In this document: positions 42,536-53,662 of the stretch, piece after piece | Position numbering within the stretch: position 1 is the first letter of the stretch | Layout of the letters: the number at the start of each line of letters is the position of its first letter | Origin: an uncultured Phycisphaerales bacterium | Lineage (GTDB): Bacteria > Planctomycetota > Phycisphaerae > WQYP01 | Length of the DNA stretch: 64,000 bases | NCBI GenBank assembly: GCA_963766775.1 | Contig: CAVYBP010000010.1 | Span: 35,861 to 99,860, forward strand | Direction: 5' to 3' | The notes under the pieces: model-generated | Seen by the model: only the letters and a program-made list of their open reading frames with translations | Databases searched by the model: none | What the model was told of the DNA's origin: nothing | Program-made: the position numbers and the translations under genes

Positions 42536-44473
42536 ATGTCTCTGAGCACTTCCCCGTCGTGTGGTTCCCACAAAAAATTATCCATCGAATCCCTCGAGTC
42601 CCGCCTTAACCTTTCCAGTCTCACCGGCATGCCCGTCCCGTTCAGTTCCGACGGCGCTCCCCACAGCCGATGGGTCGCAACGAGCAGTTCGACCAGCCGC
42701 GCTGTCCATTCGCTTGCAGCCGCACTTAAAAAAGGTGGAACTTTTGCCGCACTCCCGATCGGAGGCGACAGTTGGATTTCGCCACGCTCCTACAGCAGCA
42801 TCTCCAACTCACAACTCGAAGTCCGCCGCTTCGGCCCCGACATCGGGTACGTCTCGCGCTCCGGTGCCTATGTCGAGTACACCATCAATGTCTCACAAGC
42901 CGGCACCTATCTGCTCAACGTAGGTATCGCAACCCCCGAAGCCGCATCCTTCGACGTCGCCTCCAACGGCACCACACTCGCTTCCTATGCCACCCCCGGC
43001 ACGGGCGACTGGGACAATATCACCACCCTCTCCCAAACCGTCACCCTCAACGCCGGCACGCAGACTCTCCGTTTCAGTTCCACCAACGGAACCATTTACA
43101 ACCTCAACAATTTTGAATTCCGCTACCAGGGCCCCGCCAAAATCCTCCCCGTCTCCACGCCGACTCCGCCTCCCACTATCGTTCCTCCAACCCCCGTCGC
43201 CGCCCCAACCCCAGCGCCGGCCCCCGCACCGGCCCCCGCTCCTGCTCCTCCCGCAGTCGCCATTTCACAGCGATCCATGACCAGCTTTACGGAACTCGAT
43301 ATCACCGGCATCACTTCCAGCGCCTCCATTTACGTCACCCAGTCCGGCAATGTCCTCACTATCACCGCCAACAATCAAACGCAACAAGTCTCCGGAGACT
43401 TCGGCACCGTCATGATCTTCGCCCCCAGCGGCAATGCCACCGTCACCGTCGATGCCTCCGTCAGCCTCCCTACCACCCTCTATGCCGGCACAGGAAACGA
43501 CACACTCACCAATGCTACACAAGCTCAGGCCACTATCGTCACCCTCGACGGCGGAACCGACACCGTCACCGGCAATGGCGCTAACACCGCCTATTGGGTC
43601 GATCCCAACGACAAAGTAAACGCATCCGCAGCCGAAAAAACCAACGGCGGCCTCCACGTCGTCTCCCGCATGTACCAGCCCAACCAACTCACCGTCGGCG
43701 CGGCTGGATTTGTTTCCAGCATTCGCAACGGTCCAAAACTCAAGGACCCCTCCGCCGCCACCTCTACCACCACCCGCCTCACCTCCAGCAGCTTCTTCGG
43801 CACCGGTCCCGTCCAATCCGACATCAACCAGGGCCAGGCCTCCAACTGTTATTTCCTCACCACCCTTCAATCCCTCGCACACCTTCAGCCCGCCAGACTC
43901 GAGCAAATGGGCGTCGATCTTGGCGATAGAACCTACATCATCGCATTCCAACGCGGCGGCCAATCCGAATATGTCCGCGTCGACGGCGACCTCCCCTCCA
44001 GCGGCCCCTATGCCAACGGGCTCCTCTACGCCCACCCCGGTGCCTCCGGCAACCAATGGGTTCCCATCTTTGAAAAAGCCTACGCCGAATTCCGCACCGG
44101 CGCGAATTCCTACTCCTCGCTCGATTACGGTTTCATGACCTCCGTCTACAGCGACCTCGGCGTCAGCGCTTCCATTTATGGCCTTCCCACCGACCAAAAC
44201 GACTTCTACGACACCGCCTCCGACAAACTCTCCGCCAACAAACCCGTCGACATCCTCACCAACTCCACCATCCACAACGCCCCCTTGATCAGCTCCCACA
44301 CCTACTCCGTCGTCAGCGTCTCCAAAGACACCTCCGGAACCGTCTGGCTGACGCTGCAAAATCCCTGGGGCTTCGACGGCGCCAACGCCGACTCCAACCC
44401 CGGCGACGGCCTCATCACCCTCAACTACGCCACCCTCAAAGCCAACTCCTACTTCGGCTCCACCGTCACCTGA
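42536..44473 (+). CDS. LEPR-XLL-leader protein with CBM-like module, Pro/Ala linker and calpain-like (C2) cysteine protease
   Basis: AGGAGG RBS; IESLESRLNLS; IGYV..GAYVEY..GTGDW; PAPAPAP; QGQASNCYFL (Cys), FEKAYA, HTYSV (His), LQNPWG (Asn). Confidence 0.85.
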   Translation: MSLSTSPSCGSHKKLSIESLESRLNLSSLTGMPVPFSSDGAPHSRWVATSSSTSRAVHSLAAALKKGGTFAALPIGGDSWISPRSYSSISNSQLEVRRFGPDIGYVSRSGAYVEYTINVSQAGTYLLNVGIATPEAASFDVASNGTTLASYATPGTGDWDNITTLSQTVTLNAGTQTLRFSSTNGTIYNLNNFEFRYQGPAKILPVSTPTPPPTIVPPTPVAAPTPAPAPAPAPAPAPPAVAISQRSMTSFTELDITGITSSASIYVTQSGNVLTITANNQTQQVSGDFGTVMIFAPSGNATVTVDASVSLPTTLYAGTGNDTLTNATQAQATIVTLDGGTDTVTGNGANTAYWVDPNDKVNASAAEKTNGGLHVVSRMYQPNQLTVGAAGFVSSIRNGPKLKDPSAATSTTTRLTSSSFFGTGPVQSDINQGQASNCYFLTTLQSLAHLQPARLEQMGVDLGDRTYIIAFQRGGQSEYVRVDGDLPSSGPYANGLLYAHPGASGNQWVPIFEKAYAEFRTGANSYSSLDYGFMTSVYSDLGVSASIYGLPTDQNDFYDTASDKLSANKPVDILTNSTIHNAPLISSHTYSVVSVSKDTSGTVWLTLQNPWGFDGANADSNPGDGLITLNYATLKANSYFGSTVT

Positions 44474-44536
44474 TCCCCAAATCAATCCCCTCTTCTTCGC
44501 GTCTTCGTGTTTAAATCTTCTTCCTCCGGTCATCGC

Positions 44537-46523
44537 TCAAGCCAACTCCCGCGTAAACTGCTGATACAACTCCGCATACTTCCCCCCCAATTCCAGCAAC
44601 GACCCATGCGTGCCGCGCTCAATGATCCTGCCATGATCCAGCACCAGCACCAAATCCGCGCGCGTCACCGTGCTCAACCGATGCGCCACGATAAATGTCG
44701 TACGCCCGTGCACCAGTCGTTCCAGCGCCTCCTGAATAATCACCTCCGTGTGCGTATCCACGGCGACTTGTCGCCTCGTCCAGCATCAAAATGCGCGGAT
44801 CGGCAAGAAACGCGCCGCGTAAAGCAAATCAATTGCCGCTGTCCCAATGACATCGCCGCCCCGCGTTCCCCGACCTGCGTGTGGTATCCATCCTTCATGG
44901 CACTCAATATCTCGTGGCTGCCCAGCGCCTTCGCCGCCGCCGTCACCTGCTCCTCCGTCGCCGCCGGGCTTGCGTAGCGAATGTTGTCCAGCACCGTCCC
45001 ACTGAAAAGATAATTCGCCTGCGACACAATCCCCATTTGCCGATGCAGGCTATCCGACGTGATCTTCGTCACATCGTGCCCGTCCACCAAAACTCTCCCC
45101 TCCACAGGCACATAAAAGCGGCAGATCAAATTCATGATCGTGCTCTTCCCGCACCCCGTATGCCCCACCAGCGCGATCGTCTGTCCCGGCAACGCCTCGA
45201 AATTCACATCATGCAGCACCGGCTTGTCCCGCACGTACGCAAAATGCACGTGCTCAAATACCACATGCCCGCCCTTTCCTTCCCCTGCCGGCAGATCGAC
45301 CGCGCCGCCTGATCCATCACCTCGGGCTCCTGCTCCAGCAGCGCAAACACCCGCTCCGCCGACGCCATCGACTGCATCATCTCATTATGAAACGTCCCGA
45401 AGTTCAGCACTGGAGCCATGAACCAGTCCCAATACATCGTTAACGCCACCAGCGTTCCCACCGTGAAGCGCTGTCTCTCCGGCAACCCCGCGCCCGACAC
45501 CACCAGATAGCATCCAAAAATAAAAATGATCACCTTGCCGACATATCCCACCACCGACAACAGCGGCTGATACATCCCATTCACCACCGCCGCCGCCACG
45601 TTGTTCATCGTGTTCATTTCCTGCAACAGGTTGAAATTCGAGAGGTTCTCCTCCTGCCGGTTGTAAGCGGCCACGACGCGCATCCCGCTGATGTTCTCCG
45701 CAAGATTGGTGCTCACTCGCGTGTACGCCTCTCGTGCCGCACGCCATTTCACCCCGATCCGTTTGCGATAAAATTGATTCATTCCATACAGCACCGGCCC
45801 CAGCCACAACACCGCCAGCCCGATTCGCCAATCCGACACCAGCAGCATCGCCGCCGCCACCGTCATCATCATCATGTTGATGAACACGGTGTTGATCCCA
45901 TTGATGATCGGATTGGACATCGCGTCGATATCCGAAGTCCCGCGCGACAAAATGCGCCCAAACTTCGTCCGGTCATAAAAACTCATGCTCAATCGCTGAA
46001 GGTGCGAAAACACCGCCTTGCGCAGCGACAGAATCACCTTCTCGCCAAACCTCCGATTGAATTCCAGCGTGAAGCGGTTGATGATGTTTGCGGCGATCAC
46101 CGTCATCGCCCACAGCGAAATCGTGATCGCGATATTACAAAACGCCTGCCGGGAATGGCTATAATCCTCGAACCGCATCGCCATCGTCGCCGACAACTTC
46201 CCCAACCAGAACACAAGCCCCGGCATCAGAAAATGAACCTCCCCCGGGATGTCCCGATCAATCAACCGCTTCAAAAACAACGGCCCGCTCATATCCAAAA
46301 GCGTAAACACCAGGTTCAATAACAACGCTAACCCATACTGCTTTCGGTACGGCGACATCCACCCCAACAACTTCTTCACGACCGGCCATTCCAACGGCTT
46401 ATACTCCGCCTCCCCCTCCGGCGCGTTCGGATCCTTCCCCGCCCCGCCCGGCGCAGTCGCCCCGCCCGCGGCCACCGCTCGCCGCTGCCCCCGCCGAAAC
46501 TTCATCAACTCCGTAATCGTCAT
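44537..46523 (-). CDS. ABC exporter half-transporter (TMD+NBD), indels ~45290 and ~44760-44815
   Basis: HLQRLSMSFYDR, GHTGCGKST, MSLGQRQL, MLDEAT, IVAHRLST. Confidence 0.92.
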
Positions 46524-46555
46524 CCCAAATCCAACTTGGAAAAAATTTCCGACCT

Positions 46556-46675
46556 AAACACGAAGTCACGAAGCAACGAAGACCACGAAGAGCAACATCG
46601 CACTGAACCCCGCATCAATAGGAATCACCATTCACTCGTCCTTTCAGCATTCATCATTCATCATTCATCATCTCT
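46556..46675. repeat. Intergenic repeat remnants (CACGAAG 9-mer arm and CATTCAT heptamer arm)
   Basis: ACACGAAGTCACGAAGCAACGAAGACCACGAAGA and CATTCAT-CATTCAT-CATTCAT between the two ABC genes. Confidence 0.65.
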
Positions 46676-46696
46676 TCAAAACTTCCTGTTCACGTC

Positions 46697-48625
46697 TCAT
46701 CCTTTCCTCGCCGCCACATCCGCTCGCTTGCTCGCCTTCGCCAATAACTCGACCTCCTGATACGCCAACTGCACTTCCGCGATGTGCCGATAGTGCCCGT
46801 GCTGCGACATCAAATCCCGATGCGTCCCGGCCTGCGTGATCCGACCGTTCTCCAGCACAATCACCAGATCCGCCGCCTGCACCGTGCTCAGGCGATGCGC
46901 AATGATGAAGACCGTCCGATCCACCATGACCAGTTCCAGCGCCCGGCTGATCAAATGCTCGGTTTCCGGATCGACTGCCGCCAGCGCATCATCCAGCACC
47001 AGAATGCGCGGGTTGGAAATAATCCCGCGCGCGATCGCCAACCGCTGCCGCTGCCCACCCGATAGCATCGCCCCGCGCTCGCCCAGCATCGTTTCGTACC
47101 CCTGTGGCAACTCCATGATGAACTCATGCGCCTGCGCCACCCGTGCCGCCGCTTCCACATCCCCCATGGTCGCCTCCGGATGTCCGTACCGGATATTGTT
47201 CGCCACGGTATCCGAAAACAAAAATGTCTCCTGAAACACAAACCCGATCTCACCTCGCAAACTTCGCAACGTCACGTCCCGAACATCCACCCCATCAATC
47301 GCGATCCGCCCCTGCTGCGGATCATAAAACCGCGCCATCAACTGCATCAGGGTGCTCTTTCCCGACCCCGTCGGTCCCACCAACGCCACAATGCTCCCCC
47401 CCGGCACATCAAACGCAATGTCGCGCAGCACTGGCTTCGCCGCGTCATACCCAAACGTCACAAAATGAAAATCCAGCGCCCCCGGCCCCTTCGGCAAATC
47501 CTTCGCCCCCCTCACCTCCGGCACCGTCGACGGCGCATCGAGCACCTCAAAAAATCGCCGCGACGATGTAATCGCCTTCTGATACTGCTCCGTGATTTGA
47601 TTGATCTGCTGTAGCCGCGACAAGATCGCCCCCATCGCCGTCCCAATCACCAGCAAATCCCCCACCTGTACCTTCCCCGGCGCACCTCCCGGCAGCCCCA
47701 GCGTCTTCACCACCAGCACCGCACCGATCGTCATCAACGCCAGATTGCTCGCGCTCGCCATCCCCCTCACCACCGGCACAAAATTCCGCCACAACCGCAC
47801 TGTCTCCATGATCCGATCGAAGTACGTTTCCGCCGCCCGATCATATTTCGCGATCTCCGTCCGCTCCGTCGCAAATGCCTTCACCACATGCACTCCGGCG
47901 ACGTTCTCCGTGAACACCGTCACCATCTCATCCCCCGCCTTCATCTGTGCCATCTGTGCCGGCTGCATCTTCTTGCTGAACCGTAAAATGTACCAAATCC
48001 AAAGCGGCACCGGCACCAGCGCCGCCAGCCCCAGCCACTTGTTAATCATCAAAATCACCACGTAATACCCGCCCGCGAATGCCACGATCTCCATCGTCAG
48101 CACCACCCCCATCTGCAAAAACGCCCGCACATTCTGCAAATCCGACAGCGCCCGATTGATCAATGCCCCGCTCGAATGCTCATCATGAAAACCAAACCCC
48201 ACCCGCTGCAGCCGGTCATACACCGCCGCCCGCATGTGAAACACCATGTCCATCGTGAACTTTGAATTCACGAACTCCCGCGCAAACCGCACCCCCGCAT
48301 TCAAAATCACCAGCAGCCCCAGAATAAAAATCATGTACAAAATCGACCGCATCGGATCATGCGACATCGCCTGCCCAAAACTCTCATGCCCCCCGCCCGC
48401 GCCCACCCCGCCCACGCTCACACTCTGAATCGCGTTCGCCACATTCCCCGTCATCCGCGTGAACACCACCTCCACCGTCATCCACACCAACACCAGCACG
48501 CACGCCAGCGATGCAATCCCCTTCACCGGCACCACAAACCCCACCATCCGGCGCAGCAACGCTCCATTCGTCGGCACCGCCGCGCCACCCACCCCTCCCT
48601 CGCTCTGACGCACTCGCTCCGCCAT
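46697..48625 (-). CDS. ABC exporter half-transporter (degenerate Walker B), heterodimer partner
   Basis: GPTGSGKST, LSGGQRQRLAIAR, ILVLDDALAAVD (D in place of the catalytic E), IAHRLST. Confidence 0.94.
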   Translation of the reverse strand: MAERVRQSEGGVGGAAVPTNGALLRRMVGFVVPVKGIASLACVLVLVWMTVEVVFTRMTGNVANAIQSVSVGGVGAGGGHESFGQAMSHDPMRSILYMIFILGLLVILNAGVRFAREFVNSKFTMDMVFHMRAAVYDRLQRVGFGFHDEHSSGALINRALSDLQNVRAFLQMGVVLTMEIVAFAGGYYVVILMINKWLGLAALVPVPLWIWYILRFSKKMQPAQMAQMKAGDEMVTVFTENVAGVHVVKAFATERTEIAKYDRAAETYFDRIMETVRLWRNFVPVVRGMASASNLALMTIGAVLVVKTLGLPGGAPGKVQVGDLLVIGTAMGAILSRLQQINQITEQYQKAITSSRRFFEVLDAPSTVPEVRGAKDLPKGPGALDFHFVTFGYDAAKPVLRDIAFDVPGGSIVALVGPTGSGKSTLMQLMARFYDPQQGRIAIDGVDVRDVTLRSLRGEIGFVFQETFLFSDTVANNIRYGHPEATMGDVEAAARVAQAHEFIMELPQGYETMLGERGAMLSGGQRQRLAIARGIISNPRILVLDDALAAVDPETEHLISRALELVMVDRTVFIIAHRLSTVQAADLVIVLENGRITQAGTHRDLMSQHGHYRHIAEVQLAYQEVELLAKASKRADVAARKG

Positions 48626-48784
48626 AACACCACACAAAAACCCCCACCCTTCACCTTATCAACTCCACTTTTTCTCGCAACCGCGCTTTCCCCCCCGCTC
48701 TCCCCCGCATTGCATCCACCCCAAATCCGCGCTACCATTCACCCCCTTGTCCCTCACCCATAAGTTGTATCTGGAGACTCCAAC

Positions 48785-49961
48785 GTGGACACCGCCGCCC
48801 TCCAACAAAAATTCACCCACCTCTTCCCCAACCAAAAACCCGCCTTCGCCATTCGCGCTCCCGGGCGCGTCAACCTCATCGGCGAACACACCGACTACAA
48901 CGACGGCTTCGTCTGCCCCATGGCCATCGACAAGTCCACCCTCATCCTCTGCTCCCCTCGCACCGATGCGAAAATCCGAATGCACTCGCTCCTCGCCAAC
49001 GAAACCGTTGAATTCTCCATCGCAGGCCCAGTCCCCGTCAGCGGACCCTCCTGGTCCCTCTACGCCAAAGGTGCCGCCGAAGCCATCCGCCAACGTGCCT
49101 CGATCTCCCGCGGCATGGACGCGATCGTCGATTCCGACGTCCCCATCGGCGGCGGCCTCTCGTCCTCCGCCTCCTTTGAAGTCGCCACCGCTCTCGCTCT
49201 TCTCACCGTCAACAACACCACCATGCCGCTCGTCGATATCGCGCTCGCCTCTCAATGGGCCGAACACCACTATCCCGGCGTCCCCTGCGGCATCATGGAC
49301 CAGTTCATTTCCGCCATGGGCAAGGCCGGACACGCACTCCTTATTGACTGCCGCGACCACTCCACCCGGCAGGTCCCGCTCGACGATCCCGACCTCCGCA
49401 TCGTCATCAGCAATTCCAACGTCAAGCACGCCCTCACCGGCGGCGAATACAAAGCCCGCCGCGACCAATGCGAAGCCGCCATCGCATTCCTCCAAAAAAA
49501 TCACCCCACCCTCCACTCCCTCCGCGACGCCACCCCCGACATGCTCCAAAACGCCCAACCCACGATGGACCCCCTCTTGTTCAAACTGCGCCCGCCACGT
49601 CATCACCGAAATCGCCCGCACCACCGCCTTCGCCGACGCACTCACCCAGCGCGACTACCCCACCTGCGGCACCCTCATGATCGCCTCCCACGCCTCCCTC
49701 CGCGACGATTACCAGGTCTCCACCCCCGAACTCGACGCCCTCGTCGAAATCGCCCAATCCGTCCCCGGCGTCATCGGCGCCCGCATGACCGGCGGCGGCT
49801 TCGGCGGCTGCATCGTCGCCCTTGTCAAAAGCAACGCCGTCGAACCCCTCACCCAGTCCATCGCACAACACTACCCCACCAAATCCCACGGCAAACAAGC
49901 CACCACCTTCGCGACCCTCGCCTCCGAAGGCGCTCACGCCACACCTCTTGGCAATTCGTAA
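48785..49961 (+). CDS. galK: Galactokinase (indel ~49590)
   Basis: APGRVNLIGEHTDYNDGFV, VPIGGGLSSSAS, CGIMDQF, SHASLRDDYQVSTPELD, GARMTGGGFGGC. Confidence 0.96.
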
Positions 49962-49962
49962 A

Positions 49963-50180
49963 GAGAAGATTTGACGCGAAGGCACGAAGACGCGAAGGCG
50001 CGAAGAGGAAAAGAAAATATATTTTTAAAAGCCCGGCGATGCGTCGTCAGAATGTCTTTCATCTCAAGACAAAACATTACGTGATTTAATCGCACCACTT
50101 TTTTAAGCCCATAAAAAACCCCCTCTTCTCTTCTTCGAGCCTTCGTGTCTTTGCACCTTCGCGTTTAATCTTCTCTTCTC
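49963..50180. repeat. Inverted repeat element built of 9-nt (C/A)CGCGAAG-type units with an AT-rich spacer
   Basis: GAGAAGATTTGACGCGAAGGCACGAAGACGCGAAGGCGCGAAGA ... TCTTCGAGCCTTCGTGTCTTTGCACCTTCGCGTTTAATCTTCTC; related half-arms at ~44490, 46556, 57680 and 60500. Confidence 0.8.
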
Positions 50181-50394
50181 CTCTATGAACTCGCCGTCAA
50201 TCAAACCGCATACACATGACGCCCACTGCCTCGGGCAGCGCGGGCAAGGTGCACATACCCACGGCTTTCCTTCTTTCAAATCCTTCCCACAAACCGTGTC
50301 GCCCAAGGGCGACCGCTAAAAGGGATGGCTGTGTGCGAACTGATGGGATTTGATTATCTTCGCCCTTCGCTGCTCTTCCATTATAATCATCACG

Positions 50395-51426
50395 ATGAAA
50401 CATCTCCTCCAACAACTCCTCGACGGCACCCCTCTCACCGCTCCCCAATCCGAATCCGCCTTCTCCGACATCATGGACGGCCTCGCCGACCCGCTCCAAA
50501 CCGCTTCTCTCCTCACCCTCCTCGCGACACGTGAACCCACCGTCGATGAACTCACCGGCGCAGCCACCGTCATGCGCCGCCATGTGGTCGCCATCGACGC
50601 CCCTGACAACGTCATCGACACCTGCGGCACCGGCGGCGTCCACTCCGCGTTCTTCAACATCTCCACCGCCGCCGCCATCGTCGCCGCCGCCTGTGGTGTT
50701 CCCGTCTGCAAGCACGGCAACCGCTCGGTCACGTCCCGCTCCGGCTCCTCCGACGTCCTCCGCGCCCTCGGCGTCAACATCGACACCACCCCGGAACAGG
50801 AAGCCGCCTGCCTCCGCGCCGCCAACATCTGCTTCGCCTTCGCCCCCACACATCACCCCGCCATGAAACACGCCGCCCCCATCCGCCACGCCCTCGGATT
50901 CTCCACCCTCTTCAACCTCCTCGGCCCACTCACCAACCCCGCCGGCGCTCGCCGCCAGGTCGTCGGCACTCGCAGCCCCGCCCTCGCTGACAAACTTCTG
51001 GAAACCATCATCCGCCTCGGCGCGGACCGCACCCTCGTCCTCTCCGGCACCGACCCCGACTCCGGCAGCATCTGCGAAATCTCCATCACCGGCCCCACCC
51101 ACCTCGCACAATTCGACGCTCTCGCGGGCACCGTTTACTACACCCTCCAACCCGCCGACCTCGGCCTCCCCCTTCACAACACTTCAGCCGCTCTCTCGAT
51201 TCGCACCTCCGAAGAATCCGCCCACATCATCAAGACGATCTTCACTGGCGAGCAACGCGGCGCACCGCGCGACATTGTCCTCGCCAACGCCGCCGCCGCA
51301 CTCTGGGTCGCCGGCACCGTGAACACGCTCAGTGATGGCGTCGGGAAAGCCACCGCCGTCCTCGACTCCGGTGCCGCCAATGCCACTCTCCAAAAACTTA
51401 TCCACATCTCTCACACCCCCGCCTAA
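50395..51426 (+). CDS. trpD: Anthranilate phosphoribosyltransferase
   Basis: IDTCGTGG, FNISTAAA, KHGNRSVTSRSGSSDVL, HHPAMK, TLFNLLGPLTNP. Confidence 0.96.
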   Translation: MKHLLQQLLDGTPLTAPQSESAFSDIMDGLADPLQTASLLTLLATREPTVDELTGAATVMRRHVVAIDAPDNVIDTCGTGGVHSAFFNISTAAAIVAAACGVPVCKHGNRSVTSRSGSSDVLRALGVNIDTTPEQEAACLRAANICFAFAPTHHPAMKHAAPIRHALGFSTLFNLLGPLTNPAGARRQVVGTRSPALADKLLETIIRLGADRTLVLSGTDPDSGSICEISITGPTHLAQFDALAGTVYYTLQPADLGLPLHNTSAALSIRTSEESAHIIKTIFTGEQRGAPRDIVLANAAAALWVAGTVNTLSDGVGKATAVLDSGAANATLQKLIHISHTPA

Positions 51427-51630
51427 CAGAACGCCCTCCCCTAAACCCCCAACGCCCGAAAAAATCTAACCCATCCCTCCCATAACGTCGATAGCTCAAC
51501 TGATGCAACTTTTCTCTTCTCCTCCACGTTGAGGTAAAGGAAAAGTTTCTCAGCCCAGCGGCTGCGCCCGTAGCCGCGTGTGTTCTATCCCTGCGGCCCA
51601 AAACCGCGCCGCATTTCACAGGAGTTCGCT

Positions 51631-51909
51631 GTGCCCTCCAACAGCCTCCGCACTCGGCTCCCTTCCCGGCGTGTCGTCCGCTACTCGGCCCTCCTCACCA
51701 TTGCGATCCTCGGCCTCTCGCGAGGGATCCCCGCCGCTACCGCTTCCATCAGTTCGCAATCCACGGTCGTTCTCCACGCGACAGCAGTGCCGCTCGGACA
51801 ACCCGTTCTGCTTGCCGATGAGATCACGCGGCGGCTCCGCCGAATGGGAATCAGCTTCAGCCACACCCGCCTGCCCCACCCCTACGACCCCGTCGGCGAA
51901 GTGTGCTGA
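51631..51909 (+). CDS. Small hypothetical protein
   Basis: AGGAG RBS before GTG; hydrophobic N-terminal stretch; no recognisable family. Confidence 0.35.
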   Translation: MPSNSLRTRLPSRRVVRYSALLTIAILGLSRGIPAATASISSQSTVVLHATAVPLGQPVLLADEITRRLRRMGISFSHTRLPHPYDPVGEVC

Positions 51910-52222
51910 TCGAATCGCATCTCCCTCCTGCCGCTCCTCCCCAATGAGGCGCTCGGATCCTTATCCCCTAAAAAATCCCCTAAAAAAATCTCCTGAAACA
52001 TTCCCACCTGTCGCGTTCATCACGCCAGTTTGTCACATCCTCACCAGCGGTTCGCCACTCGCGGAATCGCCGATTCCTTTCACAGCATCCCGACCCACTG
52101 CTGCAAGCCCGGCAAACTTTCTGAACCTCATCCTTAACCGGCCACCATTCAAGCGGTTGGAAAAGAACGCGCTCACTCCGGCACGGAATGAATGGATCCG
52201 CAAAGACGTTTTTCGTCGCACT

Positions 52223-52239
52223 TTGGCATACCCAATGCT
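52223..52239 (+). promoter_or_regulatory. Candidate sigma-54 (-24/-12) promoter
   Basis: TTGGCATACCCAATGCT = GG-N10-GC, ~60 nt before ATG 52300. Confidence 0.55.
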
Positions 52240-52299
52240 TTATCTCCCACCAGACAAGTCCGCATGTTTGCGGGCAAAAAGAACAATTAGGAGCTAGTT

Positions 52300-52697
52300 A
52301 TGAAGCTGTTATCCGGAATCACCGCGACCTCGGTATTGGCAATGGCCGTCCTTGGTGGCTGGCAATGAACCCCCATCACCAGAGCGCTGCCGCCCCCGCC
52401 ATCAAGGTCATGACGGAGAGCCACAATATCTCCGCAGGCACCAGCACCCGCGTCAGCGCTGAGTCCATTAACGTTGTCGGCGGCAGCGACATCAAGTGGA
52501 GCGTGAGCCCCAACGTCGCCCGCGTTCGCATCGACGGCCAACATGGCACCACGGCTCTCTTCAGCGCCGACCAGCAGGGCACGTACACCGTCAAGGCATC
52601 CGTCGATCTCGGCGATGGCCGTTGGGTATCTGATTCCACCGACATCACCGTCAACGGCGTAGACGCCGGCGGCAAGCCGCTCACCAGCGACAAGTAA
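52300..52697 (+). CDS. Small secreted, probably lipoprotein, Ig-like protein (indel ~52360)
   Basis: AGGAG RBS; MKLLSGITATSVLAMAVLGG (lipobox Cys if the indel is corrected); beta-rich body IKWSVS..ALFSADQQGTYTVKASV..DITV. Confidence 0.6.
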
Positions 52698-52816
52698 CGC
52701 ACGATTTTTCGGGTGCCCGCATCGGCCAGTCCGGCGCGGGTTCCCGTCCAGGTTTCCCGCCAGGCAGCAATGCGCTGGCGCCGTCTCGGAGCGACGTGGG
52801 GTCAGCTCATGAGACC

Positions 52817-52856
52817 ACAGGCACGCGGTGAAGAAATTCATCGCGTGCCTGTTTTT
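52817..52856 (+). terminator. Rho-independent terminator
   Basis: ACAGGCACGCGGTGAA-GAAA-TTCATCGCGTGCCTGT-TTTT. Confidence 0.85.
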
Positions 52857-52988
52857 GCCTTCACCGCGATATTCAACGACCCGGAAATGGACGCCGTCCC
52901 GCTTTCCAGAACGGTTTCAAGTAGCCCCTGTCGCCACACCCCGCGGATTCCTATAGCTTTTAATAAATATAGTCGATATGCTATAAGC

Positions 52989-53348
52989 ATGGAATGGGAA
53001 GTCGAGTTTACGAACGAATTCGAGGCTTGGTGGCATGGATTGTCCCACCAGGAACAAGATAGCGTCGCGACCAGCGTGGAGTTGCTTCGTAGCCTGGGCC
53101 CGAGCCTTCCGCGTCCGCACGCCGACACACTGAAGGGTTCAAAGCATCCAAACATGAAGGAACTACGGACGCAACATCAAGGACGCCCCATACGAACCTT
53201 ATTTGCCTTTGACCCCCGCCGTTCAGCAATCCTGCTTATTGGTGGCAACAAGACCGGCGACAAGCGATTTTACGCGAAGATGATCCCCATTGCTGACGAG
53301 TTATTTGATGAGCACCTGCGGCAACTCAAAAACGAAGGATTGATCTAA
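52989..53348 (+). CDS. RelE/HigB-superfamily toxin (Gp49-like)
   Basis: MEWEVEFTNEFEAWW, GPSLPRPHADTLKGSKHPNMKELR, FAFDPRRSAILLIGGNKTG. Confidence 0.9.
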   Translation: MEWEVEFTNEFEAWWHGLSHQEQDSVATSVELLRSLGPSLPRPHADTLKGSKHPNMKELRTQHQGRPIRTLFAFDPRRSAILLIGGNKTGDKRFYAKMIPIADELFDEHLRQLKNEGLI

Positions 53349-53662
53349 TGGCTAAAAACTTTCGAGAACTCGAAAAGAAAATGGGCAAAACTCGCCGTGC
53401 CAAGGTGCGCACAAGGGCGAGCAATATTCTTGCAAGTATGCTGCTCGCAGAGGTCCGCCGAGATTCCGGCATGACACAGGAAAAGTTGGCCAAAGCGCTC
53501 GGTATCAAACAACCGACGCTCTCCAAACTCGAATCCGCCAAAGATATGCAGATCGCCACCCTCCAGCGTGTGGTTGCTGCTCTCGGCGGAAAACTCGAGA
53601 TTATCGCGCATCTCCCGTCATGTGATGTTCGACTAGGTCAATTCGAGAGGGCGGGCGCTTGA
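53348..53662 (+). CDS. XRE/HigA-family antitoxin
   Basis: LAEVRRDSGMTQEKLAKALGIKQPTLSKLE, ALGGKLEI; TAATG coupling to the toxin. Confidence 0.9.
   Translation: MAKNFRELEKKMGKTRRAKVRTRASNILASMLLAEVRRDSGMTQEKLAKALGIKQPTLSKLESAKDMQIATLQRVVAALGGKLEIIAHLPSCDVRLGQFERAGA

Noticed and set aside
43185-43255. CCGGCCCCCGCA-type tandem repeat
   Set aside because: Simply encodes the Pro/Ala linker of the calpain-like protein
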